From Chrysomallon squamiferum (taxonomy: Eukaryota; Animalia; Mollusca): a DNA stretch of 64,000 nt. The stretch spans positions 1,054,001 to 1,118,000 of the forward strand of contig CM022679.1 of the NCBI GenBank assembly GCA_012295275.1, written 5' to 3'. Position numbers and translations under genes: made by a program. The notes beneath the pieces are model-generated. The model made no database searches and was not told the DNA's origin. It was given only the letters and a program-made list of their open reading frames with translations. Positions 49,838 through 63,362 of the stretch are shown here, in pieces (within the stretch, counting starts at the first letter, position 1; the number at the start of each line of letters is the position of its first letter).

Positions 49838-50711
49838 ACAGTCAGTCTGAATAACTTCAAACATTGTTGTCTGATATTTTTGCTATATGGTATAATTATA
49901 GAAGAATGATAATGCTCGTACATCTTTAAATAGGTTTGTCAGAAAAAACTAAACAGAAAGAACGAATTAAAACGGTACCAAGATGTTTTTTATTGATCAG
50001 TTACTGGAAAAGTTACACATTTTTATTTTATTATAATATTAAGAAAAATAAGAAGAATAATAAGAATAATCTGTTGACATGCTTTGCTGCAAACTGGCAG
50101 TTAAAGTGATCATAACTTTCTAAGAATTAAAACAGTAATGAAAATAATCGAAAATCAGCTGGGATGAATGCAATGAAATGTGTCAGACTGTGTTATTTTC
50201 CCACAAGCTAAAAAACGGTTTGCGCTCGGTAGTTTGATCATATTATTAAATCACTGAAATGATTTTATTCTGGAAAACTTAAAAAACGAACGAACAGCAA
50301 CACTCGAGAACTCGGATAACAAGTGACAGCAAATTTGACGTCCTTGCTGGAAAGCACCTTAACTAAATTAATGTCATCTTCTGGAAAATGCTACTCAGAT
50401 GAAATCAAAACTAGTATGAGAGTGTCCACTTTGTGAAACTTCGGACAATTAGTGCAGAGCAAAGACAGTCACTGAGGCACAAACCATGAACACTCGATCA
50501 CAGCGTTTTGCAGACAAAATTACTGAAAACTAGGGCCTCGTTCTGACATACCTGCTGTGGTGTCGTATTTCGTTATTAATTAAGACCGGATAGGAGAAGG
50601 GAACAACACAACGAAAGAAAAAACCCATATAATTTGGAAATATGCTGAATATATGTAGATAACATCGCATTAATAAAAGAATACTTTAAAGACAGTTTCA
50701 TTAAAAAATGA

Positions 50712-50764
<53 letters not shown>

Positions 50765-51163
50765 GTAATATAATAATAAATAAATAAATAAAATAAAATA
50801 AAATAAAATAAGTCGAATAACATCGTGTACATCATTTCCGTAACTTTTCACTAACATTAACAGTTTAAAATCAATACAATTTTATTGTTTCTTCGTATTA
50901 ATTTTGAAACATTTAAAGACAGACACACAGGTAGAAAGTATACAACATGAAGAAATTAAAAATTATTTAAAATGTACATGCCGTATCTTCATAAGCATTG
51001 CTAACAAACGCAAACTGCGTTTGCTACCAGTCTTTTTTTGGAAATGACGAATTCCCAAACTCTAAATGTTACGCAAATTAGCCATAAGTTTAAAACCGTA
51101 ATCAAATCAAACATCAATTTAGTGAATTTTCTTATATAAAAATAAATAAAAATCCGAAAATAA

Positions 51164-51490
51164 GCTGTATAAACTTTCACTCACTCTGTGCTGTACAAGT
51201 TATCGCTTACTCTGACTGTGCTGTACAAGCTTTCACTCACTCTGACTGTGCTGTACAAGCTTTCACTCACTCTGACTGTGCTGTACAAGCTTTCACTCAC
51301 TCTGACTGTGCTGTACAAGCTTTCACTCACTCTGACTGTGCTGTACAAGCTTTCACTCACTCTGACTGTGCTGGACAAGCTTTCACTCACTCTGACTGTG
51401 CTGTACAAGCTTTCACTTACTCTGACTGTGCTGTACAAACTTTCACTCACTCTGACTGTGCTGTACAAGGTTTCTCTCACTCTTTGCTGT
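51164..51490. repeat. 30-bp minisatellite upstream of gene H
   Basis: Unit CTGACTGTGCTGTACAAGCTTTCACTCACT, ~10 copies. Same family as 18422-18935. Confidence 0.95.
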
Positions 51491-52649
51491 AAAAGCGTTC
51501 ATTCATTCTAGCTATGCTGAAGCAGAACATTGTTAAACGAGTCGTTTAAGGCTGCTATGATATCATTTCACTCTTCCATGCAAAAATAACAAGACTAGTT
51601 TTACATTATTAATGTTTTCCTTAATATATGTCTCGATATGAACATTTATTTTTCGAAGTGATATCAACAAAGAATTATCACTAACTAAAATTTTTGTTTT
51701 GTTTTATTTATTTTTTTCTATTTTAAGACACTGTCAATTCAGAGAAGTAGATTTAATTATCAAGACAATGGCAGAATTTGCTTACAGTAATGCACTAATA
51801 GGCCTAACAGTTTCAGAGAAAATGTACAAATTAAGTATCAAAATATCGCATATTGTGTTTATTCCCAGTCTTTCTATCTTCTATCTGTCTGTATAAATAT
51901 GTATGTGTGGCTGTATTTTTTATATACTATGTATTATTACATCTATATATACATACGCCGCATACAGATAAATATAGACGTCAGCTGCACACACACCTAC
52001 AAATACCCTTTGTTACATAACAGTTGACTACAAAAACTGGCACAACCCGAACCACCTCATTTATTTACTTCAATATTACCGGCATGATTCGTGTTTTCTT
52101 TCTGCTTCTTCAGATTTTTCCAGTGGGTAAGAAAGTGTTTCTCTGAAGCAGACCAAGCTGTAACTTACTGTAGATAGTCTGTGAATGAAAATTATTTATT
52201 TAGACGGGTAACGTTGTGAGTGACAAGACGCTGTAGCGACCCTGACTGATCGATATATGAAAAATGTACCAGCTTTGTGATATCTGAACTGTTAACGTAC
52301 AGAAAATATCAATGCATATATACGTATGTATTTATACATGTAATGTACGTTCGTACATGTATGTATGTGTATGTATGTATGTGTATATGTATATGTGTAT
52401 ATATGTATGTATGTATGTTGGTATGTGTTTATATATTTACGTATATGTATCTATGTATATGTATTTGTATGTGTCTGTATGTATCTATGAAAGTATGTTT
52501 GATTATAGTGATTATTATTATTTATTTATTTATCTATTTACTTACTTACTTACTTTCTTACTTACTTAGTCACTTATTTATTTAAGAGAATCGATTGTTT
52601 GAAAGTCGTTCTATAGGAGGCACACCTGTAAAGAAAGGCGAGGATCGAT

Positions 52650-52809
52650 GGCTGGTACTCATCACGGCTGGTACTCATCACGGCTAGTACTCATCACGGC
52701 TAGTACTCATCACGGCTAGTACTCATCACGGCTAGTACTCAACACGGCTGGTACTCATCACGGCTAGTACTCATCACGGCTAGTACTCATCACGGCTAGT
52801 ACTCATCAC
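52650..52809 (+). repeat. 16-bp exonic tandem repeat, 10 copies
   Basis: GGCTRGTACTCATCAC. Only one copy is present in exon 2 of the paralogs. Confidence 0.97.
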
Positions 52810-54014
52810 GGCTAAGGTGGCGAATCAGAAATTCCTTTGGCAATCTACATCGGACGTGCACTATCACTGTTCCGTGATCGGCGACTACTGGGTTCTCACA
52901 GCTGCCCACTGCTTCAGTCACAGGTTTGTGGTTCTTTATCACCAAGACACTTTCTAACAATAATAATGTACGTAGAATTAGTGGTAATATTAGTACTAGA
53001 ATAGCAGTTGTGGTGGTAGCAGTAAGAATAGTAGTAGTAATAGTGCTAGTGGTGGTGGTAGTTTTATTGGTGCTTGTAGTAAGAGTGGTAGTAGTACTAA
53101 TAGTTATAGTATCAGTTTCAGTAGAAGTAGTAGTAACACCATTAGTAGTAATGGTGGCTGTAGTAGTGGTAGTTATAATGCACAAAATTAATTTAAAATT
53201 TGTTTCTCCTAGTGCTGAGTTAAAAATACCACGAAACTGGACAGTAAGAGTCGCTACTAACAAACTGAAGGTGAAAAGAAAACAGTGCACAATATTGGGT
53301 GTCTATCTGTATGTCTGTGTGTTTATTTATATATTTCATATATGCATGTGTGCATATATCTATTTATCTATGTATGTATATATGTATAAATGCATGAAAG
53401 TATATGTTTGAGTAGGTGTGTAAATATAAAACATATCAATGTATATAAGCATTTACATACGTATGCATGGAAACGCGTTTATATGTATGACTATTCCTAT
53501 GTGTTTGTACGCATGTTTCATAGTTGTACATATTTTCATGTAGGATGATGACGTAAACAAAGTGCTGAGCCACACTGGACAGAAGCCAGGTCACGACACC
53601 TGGGATACGTGGAGCATCAAAGCCTCAGAAATTACAGTGCAACCGAACTTTGATCCAAGTGAGTAGTGACATGTATTTGAAACATCAACAGTAGCTCTGT
53701 ATTAACGTACACACATATCTATAGTTACATATCACGTTTCTACATTAATTTGCATACACATCTATATTTACATAACACTTCTTCCATTAAATTACATATT
53801 AATATATATCTACATAGCACATTTGTACGTTAACTTAGCTGCACTAATCTTTACATAACAGATCTCAACATTAACTTCCATTTCGTTTTACATAGCACAT
53901 CATTACATAATCTTGCATCATGCACATCTATATGTACATATCACATCTCTCGATTAACTTGCATACATCTGTATTTATATAGCATATATCTAACTGCACA
54001 GACTATGTTTACGC

Positions 54015-55300
54015 TGACCCTCGAGCCGGCACGTGCGGTCTGCTCAGATTCCACGCAGAGATTTCTGTAGAAAACTGGGAAGTATTCTCTGCCTGCCTTT
54101 ACTTGACGTTGTTCGACTCCTCGCCCTCTCTTTGGTCACTGTCATCACAGTCGATCACGTGACTCGGTCTCGTAAATTTGGCCAGAAAGCCAGAAACCAC
54201 GTTCCCTATAGCCTGGGGTCTACCCAGACCCAACAGTTTACTGTTTTCTACAAGAGGTGGCAGTGCAATTGAAGTTACTCCATTAATCGGGAATTTTGAA
54301 ATGAACCCATTCTAATGCACTGCATTTCAACTAGATCATTCAGATGAATGTAAGTAAAATAGAACCCTTTGCTCCAGTATCATCTATACACCATGATGTC
54401 AAGATATATCACATAAAATTAACAAATTATGATGTTTTGAGTGAGAATAGAGGAGATAATGTATTGGAAGTCGGCTACAATAGAAAATGCACTACATAAA
54501 GCTTTCCCGCAGATGACAACCCTGGAAAAAAGTGTGAAGTTATTCTGTACAACAACTCTAAGAAGGGATGGGTAGATAACCTCGACAACTTGGTTACACT
54601 TTATACATGTAGACGGAAGATCATGCAGTGGCCACCGTGTTTTCTTCAATATGTTAAATGTAGCAGCATTAGCAGTATTCATCATCTGGACAGCAACATT
54701 TCCAGATCACGAACAGAAGTATACGTCGAAAGCTCCTGACAGAACTTGGGAATCAGCTGATTCGAGATCAGATAGTTGCGATGTTCATTAAACCCAGAGC
54801 CATCCAGAAAGGAGCCAAGCATGCTAATACTGCCTTGGTATACAGTATTGTGGAAAGGGATCGGGTAAATCTAAAAGAGAAGGTGTTTTACATGTGTCCC
54901 AGAAATCAAGACAGAAAATCACAGATAATCTGCAAACTGTACGTGAAAAACGTTTGTAAGTAGCATAGCTCAGCCTGTTTTGAATAAGCTTCATTTCGAA
55001 ATCTTTTCATAGACTGAGGTATCCAACTGGCCGCGGCGAGACACTCACACTTTGTATAATGAACACGTGTACACACAGGCAGCACAGGCAAGTAGAAAAC
55101 AGAAAGGGGTCTCATTAGACCCCAACTGGTAGATATCGGGGGGGGGTGTTATATAATTTTTGTTTGAGTTGTCTGCATTTAATGTGCTTTTGCATACAAT
55201 TTCCACGGCTGTCACTGGAGGTACTGTGGAAGAAGATACAACGCTTTGTGACTGAGAACTTTGCATGAACCTTAGTGTTTTAGACAACAGTGTTGCTATT
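54015..55300 (+). mobile_element. Degenerate piggyBac-type transposon remnant in intron 4 of gene H
   Basis: ~54530-54700 translates to EVILYNNSKKGWVDNLDNLVTLYTCRRKIMQWP / FFNMLNVAALAVFIIW (cf. the piggyBac YNxTKGGVDxxD...CxRKTxRWP motif). A Cys-rich tail YMCPRNQDRKSQIIC..NVCK lies at ~54890-54960. GGGGTC...GACCC sub-terminal palindromes near 54215 and 55107. The ends are uncertain. Confidence 0.8.
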
Positions 55301-57688
55301 CAGCTATATCAATTCATTTGTTAAAAAAATAAATAAATATAAAACATATAAAAAAGAATTAAAGAAATATAAAAGATATAAACAAAAGAAAAATTAATGA
55401 GAATCATTATCAAATATATGTTCTTCAATGATAAAATGGCCTGCTTTAAAGTTTTTTTTTTATATGGCATTAACTAACATATACATCTATATTTATATAA
55501 CAGATCTCTGCATTAACTTGCATTTAGATGTGTATTTATATAGCAAACTTTTACATGAAGATACAGACACATTTTTATTTACATAACAGTCTACAGTGGA
55601 GAAAAAACTATTTATTACAGATTATCGCTGATTTAAGACAGCGAAATCTGCACAATTCGATTAGTGTTTCCTAACAGATAATCTATGTGAGATATAAAAT
55701 CACTGTAGATATGTCTTGTAATTCCAAAAAACTTTATAAATTTTATCTTGCGGTGCCTAATTTGAATTAATAATTAAATACATTATTAAAGATTATTACT
55801 ATCATTAACATTATCAGTGTTGTTAGAAGTGGTATGGTTGTTGTTATTATTATTATTATTATCCTAATCATCATCGTCACGAATATTATTAATATTATTA
55901 TTATTATTATTATCACCATCATTACTGTTATTATTATAATTATCACTGTCATTATTTATTTATTTATTTATTTATTTGCTGTTTAACGACAAACTGACAT
56001 ATTTGTTATATTATTTTTAACTGTAACTTAGACTTACCATTGATGTAGTTATTTTTGTTAATGTCATTGCTGTCTGGCTCATATTGCAGAGACGCTTTTA
56101 AACGACATTGCCCTTGTGAAACTGTCCTCTAGGATACCTACACACAAACACTTATGGAAAACAGACTTACCAAGCAATAATGAATTGTTCCCTTTTGGTA
56201 CAAAGTGTACCCTTAGTGGCTGGGGATGTACTGAAAAAGGTTGGTTCAATCAGATATTACTCTCTTTAATTTATACAGAATTTGTATGATGATGAATAAA
56301 TTAAACCAAAAATTAACTTAAAGATTCAGAGGCACCATTCTCTAAGGTGACTTCCGTTAAATAGAAAAATTAAGATTTTATTATTCTTTTCTAATTAAAG
56401 GATTTAGCTTTGTTTTCTATGAATGGGAATCAGACATGATCAAAAATTCTTTGATGAACCTCCAGTTAACCAAAGGAAAAAGGTTTCTTTAAAACAAATT
56501 ACATTTACGTTTTGAATCCAATATTTGCGCAGATTGGGAAGAAAACGCATATATAAAAATATCCGCTCTATTCCGGCTTTATTATCCCAGTAATAACTGT
56601 AAATTAATGTTTGTATGGAATCAGATTTATTTCCAGTATGTAAATATTACGACTGCGTTGTCTCCTTCTATCGACACGAATCGTTTTTCCTAGTTTACTG
56701 AATGCCGTGAATGAAAAGTCAAACTTAACAAGGATCATGGATTTACACAAACATTTATTTACTGTTTCATTCTTAACATAAATTCAAACGTACACTACAT
56801 ATTTCAGACTTACATAAAATGTTCTTCAGTAAAGAAAGGTAAAATTTTAAACAAACAAAAATGTCATATCTCCAACTAAAATACACTAAAATGAAGTTAG
56901 TGAAAGTATACAGATATACTGCATATTCATATTTCTTTGATTCGTTTTTTGTTTATGTAGGAGGCCCTGTGTCACCAATACAATTCCAGTATTAAGTAAC
57001 TCGGCCTGTTCTCGTACCTATGGCATTTCAATGCAAAACAAAATATGTGCCGGTTACTTCAGCAGAGGGATCGGAGCCTGTATGGTAAGGAAATAAACAC
57101 CCATACACCAAAACCCTTTGTCTCACACATACATACACACACAATACTACTATCACACTAATCAGTGTCACTACCGTTATAATATTATAAAAAAGATAAT
57201 GCTACTAGAAATTAATCAGAGTCACTGCCGTTATATTATTATAAAAATGATAATACTACTAGAAATTAATCAGTGTCAGAACTGTTTTAGCATTTAAGGG
57301 TGACGGCGGTGGAGCTCTGGTTTGTAGAAAGAGGAAGAAATATGTCGTAGCCGGCACGTTGTCGATTGGAAGCACTGAATATTCAGGAAATGTGACGTGT
57401 ATCTTCACGTGTAGGGTCAGCGGCTACATTGGCTGGATCGGAATGTTTGTCAGATGAGGTCTTGGCATGTAATAGTGCTACACTTCAGCGAAATTGTCTG
57501 ATAAATCAAAAAAAAACAAATAATAATAATAATAAAAATTAAAATATTAAATAAATATAAATAAATAAATTAAATTAAATTAAATTAAAAAATAGAAATA
57601 AAAATAAAATATAAAAAATAAATATCACTTTATTGTTTCTTTGTAATAAATATTTTCAAATGTGTTTTAAAACAAATTCATTGGAGTA

Positions 57689-57733
<45 letters not shown>

Positions 57734-59509
57734 AACACACACACACAGAGTTGATGGATATAGATATGGATATGGATATAGATATACATACTGTATAACG
57801 CCATACATTATTGTCTGATAATTTTACTGGATGACGTCATTATAGAAAAATATCACACACACACAACCACATAAAAAAAAAAAAAAAAAAAAAAATAGAA
57901 CGATGAAGATAGAGAAAAGGAAGTTAGTACGACTGATTATTATTGATATAAGTGGAAAGAAGTAAAATAAGATAAACATCTTTAGTATGAAACCAATATA
58001 TTATTGAAATCATCAATTATTGAAAAAAAAAAAACACAAGTTTAGATTTAGAGATGTTTGTGATTGATCAATTATTGCCAGAAAAATAAAAAAATAAAAA
58101 ATAAAAATCTATAGACATATTTTGCTGTAAACTGGCAGTTAAAGTGATCATGACTTTGTAAGAATTAAAACAATCAAAGAAAGTGGAAATGATCGTAAAA
58201 CAGCTTTGAGTGCCAACGAAAATGTTTCAGAACGTAGGAAAATGCGGCGTCGTGCGTTCACACATACACATGCACAAAGTAAACACTTCACTGCCATGAA
58301 ATAATAATAAATAACGCATCAAATGACAGTATTTTGAGCACAATTTTGATGAGATAACGGTTTGTTTACAATCGACCAAATCATATTATTTTCCCAAAGG
58401 CTAGAAAGAACCGTTAGCGCTCAGTAGTTTGATTATATTACTAAATCACTGAAAGTAGTTTGATTATATTACTAAATCACTGAAAGTAGTTTGATTATAT
58501 TACTAAATCACTAAAGTGACTTTATTCTGGGAAAGTTAAAAATGGACGAGCAACACCACTGGGAACTTGGATAACAAGTGACAGTCAATTTTGACATCCT
58601 TGCTGGAAAAGATCCTAACAAAACTGTTGTCCGGGTTTCAATCACTTCAGTAAAATATTATTGTTTGTTTGTATGAAACATTTGAAGATAGACACACAGG
58701 TAGAAAGTAAGTACACAACCTGAATAAATAAAATATTATTTAAAATCTACATCACGTATCTTCATTAGCATTGCTAACGCCCATTTTGTTTTCGGAAATG
58801 GTGAACACCCATATTTAAAAAAAAAAAAAAAAAAAAAAAATATTGTCAGAGTTTCACTCGCCTGCGTGTTTTAGCACTTTTCCGCGCTGTTTTTCTGTTG
58901 AAATTACTTCTCATATGAAAACAAAACTAGTATGCTGATGTTTCGCAAAATGTGAACTATATCACGAAAGTGTCCGCTTTCTAAAAGTTTTAGACAGTTA
59001 GTGTAACACAAATATAGTCACTGACACGGAGGCAATGAAAAATGGCTCACAGCGTTTTAAAGAAGAAGAAGAAGAAGAAGAAGAACTAAATAAAATAAAT
59101 CGAATAACGTCATATACTTGTCGTCTGTCACATTTCATTACATTTTCACAATAAAAGTTTAAATCAATAAAATGTTATTGTTTCTTCGTATCAATTTTGA
59201 AACATTTAAAGACAGCACTACAGGTAGAGAGTATACAACATGAGTAAATGAAAACTTATTTTTAATGTACATCAGCCGCATTTTAATTTAATCTGCAAAC
59301 GTACATCATATATCTTGTTTTTTGCAACGTTAATAAACGATACCACTCCTTTTCTTGAAATGACGAATTAGTTAACTTAGAATGTTACGCATATTTACCA
59401 TATGTATAAAAGATGGATGGATATAGCAGCGAATATTCTCTTGTCTTCAGTAGGTCTGATCAGGATTTGCATACAAACAGTATTCAGGAGCAGACTGGCA
59501 AAGTCGAAA

Positions 59510-61180
59510 ATAGTCGTAGCAGTAGTAGCGCCTGTAGTAATAGTCGCAGCAGTAGTAGTAGTAGTAACTGTAGTAATAGTCGCAGCAGTAGTAGTGTCTG
59601 TAGTAATAGTCGTAGCAGTAGTAGTGCCTGTAGTAATAGTCGCAGCAGTAGTAGTGCCTGTAGTAATAGTCGCAGCAGTAGTAGTGCCTGTAGTAATAGT
59701 CGTAGCAGTAGTAATAGTCGCAGCAGTAGTATTAGTCGCAGCAGTAATAGTGCCTGTAGTAATAGTCGCAGCAGTAGTAGTGCCTGTAGTAATAATCATA
59801 GCAGTAGTAGTGCCTGTAGTAATAGTCGCAGCAGTAGTAATAGTCGTAGCAGTAGTAGTGCCTGTAGTAATAGTCGTAGCAGTAGTAGTGCCTGTAGTAA
59901 TAGTCGCAGCAGTAGTAATAGTCGCAGCAGTAGTAATAGTCGTAGCAGTAGTAGTGCCTGTAGTAATAGTCGCAGCAGTAGTAGTGCCTGTAGTAATAGT
60001 CGCAGCAGTAGTAATAGTCGTAGCAGTAGTAGTGCCTGTAGTAATAGTCGCAGCAGTAGTAGTGCCTGTAGTAATAGTCGCAGCAGTAGTAATAGTCGTA
60101 GCAGTAGTAGTGTCTGTAGTAATAGTCGCAGCAGTAGTAGTGCCTGTAGTAATAGCTGCAGCAGTAGTAGTGTCTGTAGTAATAGTCGCAGCAGTAGTAG
60201 TTCCTGTAGTAATAGTCGCAGCAGTAATACTGGTAGTAATAGTCGCAGCAGTAGTAGTGCCTGTAGTAATAGTCGCAGCAGTAGCAGTGCCTGTAGTAAT
60301 AGTCGCAGCAGTAGTAGTGCCTGTAGTAATAGTCGCAGCAGTAGTAGTGCCTGTAGTAATAGTCGCAGCAGTAGTAGTGCCTGTAGTAATAGTTGGAGCA
60401 GTAGTAGTGTCTGTAGTAATAGTCGCAGCAGTAGTAGTGCCTGTAGTAATAGCTGCAGCAGTAGTAGTGTCTGTAGTAATAGTCGCAGCAGTAGTAGTTC
60501 CTGTAGTAATAGTCGCAGCAGTAATACTGGTAGTAATAGTCGCAGCAGTAGTAGTGCCTGTGGTAATAGTCGTAGCAATAGTAGTGCCTGTAGTAATAGT
60601 CGTAGCAGTAGTAGTGCCTGTAGTAATAGTCGGAGCAGTAGTAGTGCCTGTAGTAATAGTCGCAGCAGTAGTAGTGCCTGTAGTAATAGTCGCAGCAGTA
60701 GTAATAGTCGTAGCAGTAGTAGTGCCTGTAGTAATAGTCGTAGCAGTAGTAGTGCCTGTAGTAATAGTCATAGCAGTAGTAATAGTCGCAGCAGTAGTAA
60801 TAGTCGCAGCAGTAGTAGTGCCTGTAGCAATAGTCGTAGCAGTAATACTGGTAGTACTAGTCGCAGCAGTAGTAGTGCCTGTAGTAATAGTCGTAGCAGT
60901 AGTAGTGCCTGTAGTAATAGTCGTAGCAATAGTAGTGCCTGTAGTAATAGTCGCAGCAGTAGTAGTGCCTGTAGTAATAGTCGCAGCAGTAATACTGGTA
61001 GTACTAGTCGCAGCAGTAGTAGTGCCTGTAGTAATAGTCGCAGCAGTAGTAGTGCCTGTAGTAATAGTCGTAGCAATAGTAGTGCCTGTAGTAATAGTCG
61101 CAGCAGTAGTAGTGCCTGTAGTAATAGTCGCAGCAGTAGTAGTGCCTGTAGTAATAGTCGCAGCAGTAATACTGGTAGTA
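59510..61180. repeat. 30/18-bp minisatellite expansion of an intron-2-derived sequence
   Basis: Unit AGTAGTAGTGCCTGTAGTAATAGTCGCAGC. The flanks match intron 2 of D/F/G, and the single-copy seed gtagcagtagtagtgcctgtagtagtaat is at ~20438-20466. Confidence 0.95.
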
Positions 61181-61540
61181 ATACCACTGGTTGTAGGTGT
61201 AGTACTAACTTTACTGGTACTAGTAGTAGTAGTAATTGTACTGGTAGTACTACTAGTAGTAGTAGTCATAGTAATGGTAGTCGTGGAGATAGTAGTAGAA
61301 AAAGTAGTATTAGTGGTAACAGTAGTAATTATAGAACTACTAGAGTTCTAGTAATGGTTGTTGTGGTGATAGTAATAGTGGTAGTAGTAGTAGTAATGGT
61401 GGTGGCGGTGGTGGTAGTGATATTGAGGTAGCAGTTGTTATAGTAGTAGTAATAATAGCAGTAGTAGTAATGGCTGTGGTAATGGTGGTAGTAGTGGTAG
61501 TTGCAGTAAACAAAATTAATGTCAAATTTATTTCTCCGAG

Positions 61541-61578
61541 TGCTCAGTTAAAACTACCAGTAAGACTCGCCAGTGAAG
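61541..61578 (+). pseudogene. Degenerate orphan exon 3 remnant
   Basis: caaaattaatgtcaaatttatttctccgag|tgctcagttaaaactaccagtaagactcgc matches the exon-3 acceptor and 5' part in F/H, with internal deletions and no GT donor. Confidence 0.7.
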
Positions 61579-62003
61579 ATGAAAACCAAACAGTACACAA
61601 TACTGTGTGTCTGTCTGTGTGTTTATTTATGTATGGACATATATGTATGTGTATCAGTATTTTTATTTGGAGTTTGCGATTTTGAATATTCATTTACGTA
61701 CGTCTGAATAGACTCTGCACATAGACAACCTTAAAAGAAAGGTTGCTCAATAACTGGAGGGTAATCATCTTTTTTTTTTTTTTTTTTTTTGCATCTGTTC
61801 TTTTTGTGCGAAATCTGCCACAGGCAAGTGTGTAGTTTAGGATATGAATATTCTGTGTCTTATGTACGTCTGAATAGACCCTGCACATAGACAATGTTAT
61901 ATATATATAATCCAGTGAATATAAGTTTTCGTGATATTTATTTTCTTTTATTTAAATAAAAATTTCTCTGAAATGAAGCAGTATCAGATGAAAGGAAATT
62001 ACA

Positions 62004-62151
62004 TCATCTGACAAACCTTCTGATAAAAGCAGTGTAGCCGCTTTCAGTTATAAACACAACCGGCAACTCCCCTGAATACTTCAGACGACAACGTGTCGGC
62101 TACGACATATTTCTTCCTCTTTCAACAAACCAGAGCTCCACCGCCGTCACC
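62004..62151 (-). pseudogene. Second inverted orphan exon 7 (GDGG type)
   Basis: Near-identical to 41000-41147. Reads GDGGGALVC* (extra AGA->TGA change). Intron-6 repeats at ~62155-62560. Confidence 0.85.
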
Positions 62152-62779
62152 CTTAAAATACTAAAACAGTTCTGACACTGATTAACTTCTAGTAGCATTA
62201 TCTTTTTTATAATAATATAACAATAGTGACTCTGATTAATTTCTAGTAGCATTATCTTTTTTATAATAATATAACAGTAGTGACTCTGATTAATTTCTAG
62301 TAGCATTATCTTTTTTATAATAATATAACAGTAGTGACTCTGATTAATTTCTAGTAGCATTATCTTTTTTATAATAATATAACGGTAACGACACTGATTG
62401 ATATGATAGTAGTATTATCATTTTTATAATAATGTAACAGTAGTGAAAATAATTAATGTGATAATAGTATTATCATTTTGATAATAGTGTAACAGAAGTC
62501 ACACTGACAAAAATGACAGTGGTATTATCAATTTTATAAAAATGTAACAGTAGTGACACCAGTCTAAACAATTTCAGAGAAACTCTACAATATAATTATG
62601 AAATGTACGTATTGTTTATATTCCCTGTCTATCTATCTGTCTGTCTATCTGAATAAATAAATATGATGTGTTTGCGTGTATGTGTAAGTGGGCAGAGTAC
62701 GTATTTGTTTCTGTTTTTCCTAAACATAAGCCGCATACAGATATCGACGTCATCACTAAACACACCTACATACACTCTT

Positions 62780-62848
62780 AGTTACGTAACAGGTGACTAT
62801 AAAACTGGCACAACCCGTACCACGTCACTTGTTTACTTCATCGTCAGC
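62780..62848 (+). promoter_or_regulatory. Putative core promoter of gene I (E-box + TATA + Inr)
   Basis: CAGGTG at 62790-62795, TATAAAA at 62798-62804, Inr-like TCACTT at 62825-62830. Confidence 0.65.
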
Positions 62849-63060
62849 ATGATTCGTTTTCTCCTTCTTCTGAGTCTTCCGATTTTTCCAGTGGGTAAGA
62901 AAGTGTTTCTCTGAAGCAGACCAAGCTGTATCTCACTGTAGATAGTCTGTGAATGAAAATTATTTATTTAGACGGGTAACGTTGTGAGTGACAAGAAGCT
63001 GTAGAGACCCTAACTGATCCATATATGAAAAATATATCAGTTTTGTCATAGCTAAAAGTT

Positions 63061-63110
<50 letters not shown>

Positions 63111-63362
63111 CGGTGTGTGTCTGTGTTTATTTGTTTATTTATTTATTTATTTATTTATTTAAGAGAGTCAGTTCTTTGAGAGTCGTTCTATAGGAGGTAG
63201 ACCTATTATAAAAGGCGAGAAGCCATGGCTTGTACTCCTCGAGGCTAAGATGGTCCATGACAAATTCCTCTGGCGTGTTAAATCATACACCGTCTATTTG
63301 TGCGGTGGTTCTGTCATCAGTGACTACTGGATCCTTTCTGCCTCCCACTGCTTCAAAGACCG
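62849..63362 (+). CDS. Gene I: exons 1-2 of another S1A serine protease (continues beyond the window)
   Basis: Exon 1 62849-62894 (MIRFLLLLSLPIFPV). Exon 2 63164-63362 (ESQFFESR|SIGGRPIIKGEKPWLVLL...[21 protein letters not shown]). GT-AG, open frame, followed by the (GTA/GTG)n-rich intron 2 typical of the paralogs. Confidence 0.88.

Larger units (their letters stand above)
52084..57457 (+). pseudogene. Gene H: S1A serine protease pseudogene
   Basis: Exons: 52084-52126, 52587-52923 (16-bp unit expanded to 10 copies giving an in-frame TAG, plus a 6-nt deletion after the Cys42 equivalent), 53213-53270, 53544-53658, 56090-56239, 56961-57084 (13 nt short, frameshift), 57299-57457 (GDGG, catalytic Ser->Gly). 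Confidence 0.9.

Noticed and set aside
59395-61431. Overlapping 620-670 aa ORFs on both strands (Thr-rich mucin-like, Val-rich, Ser-rich)
   Set aside because: They arise from a 30/18-bp minisatellite whose flanks match intron 2 of the protease genes. There is no signal peptide or splice context, and several frames are open only because the unit lacks stops in them.
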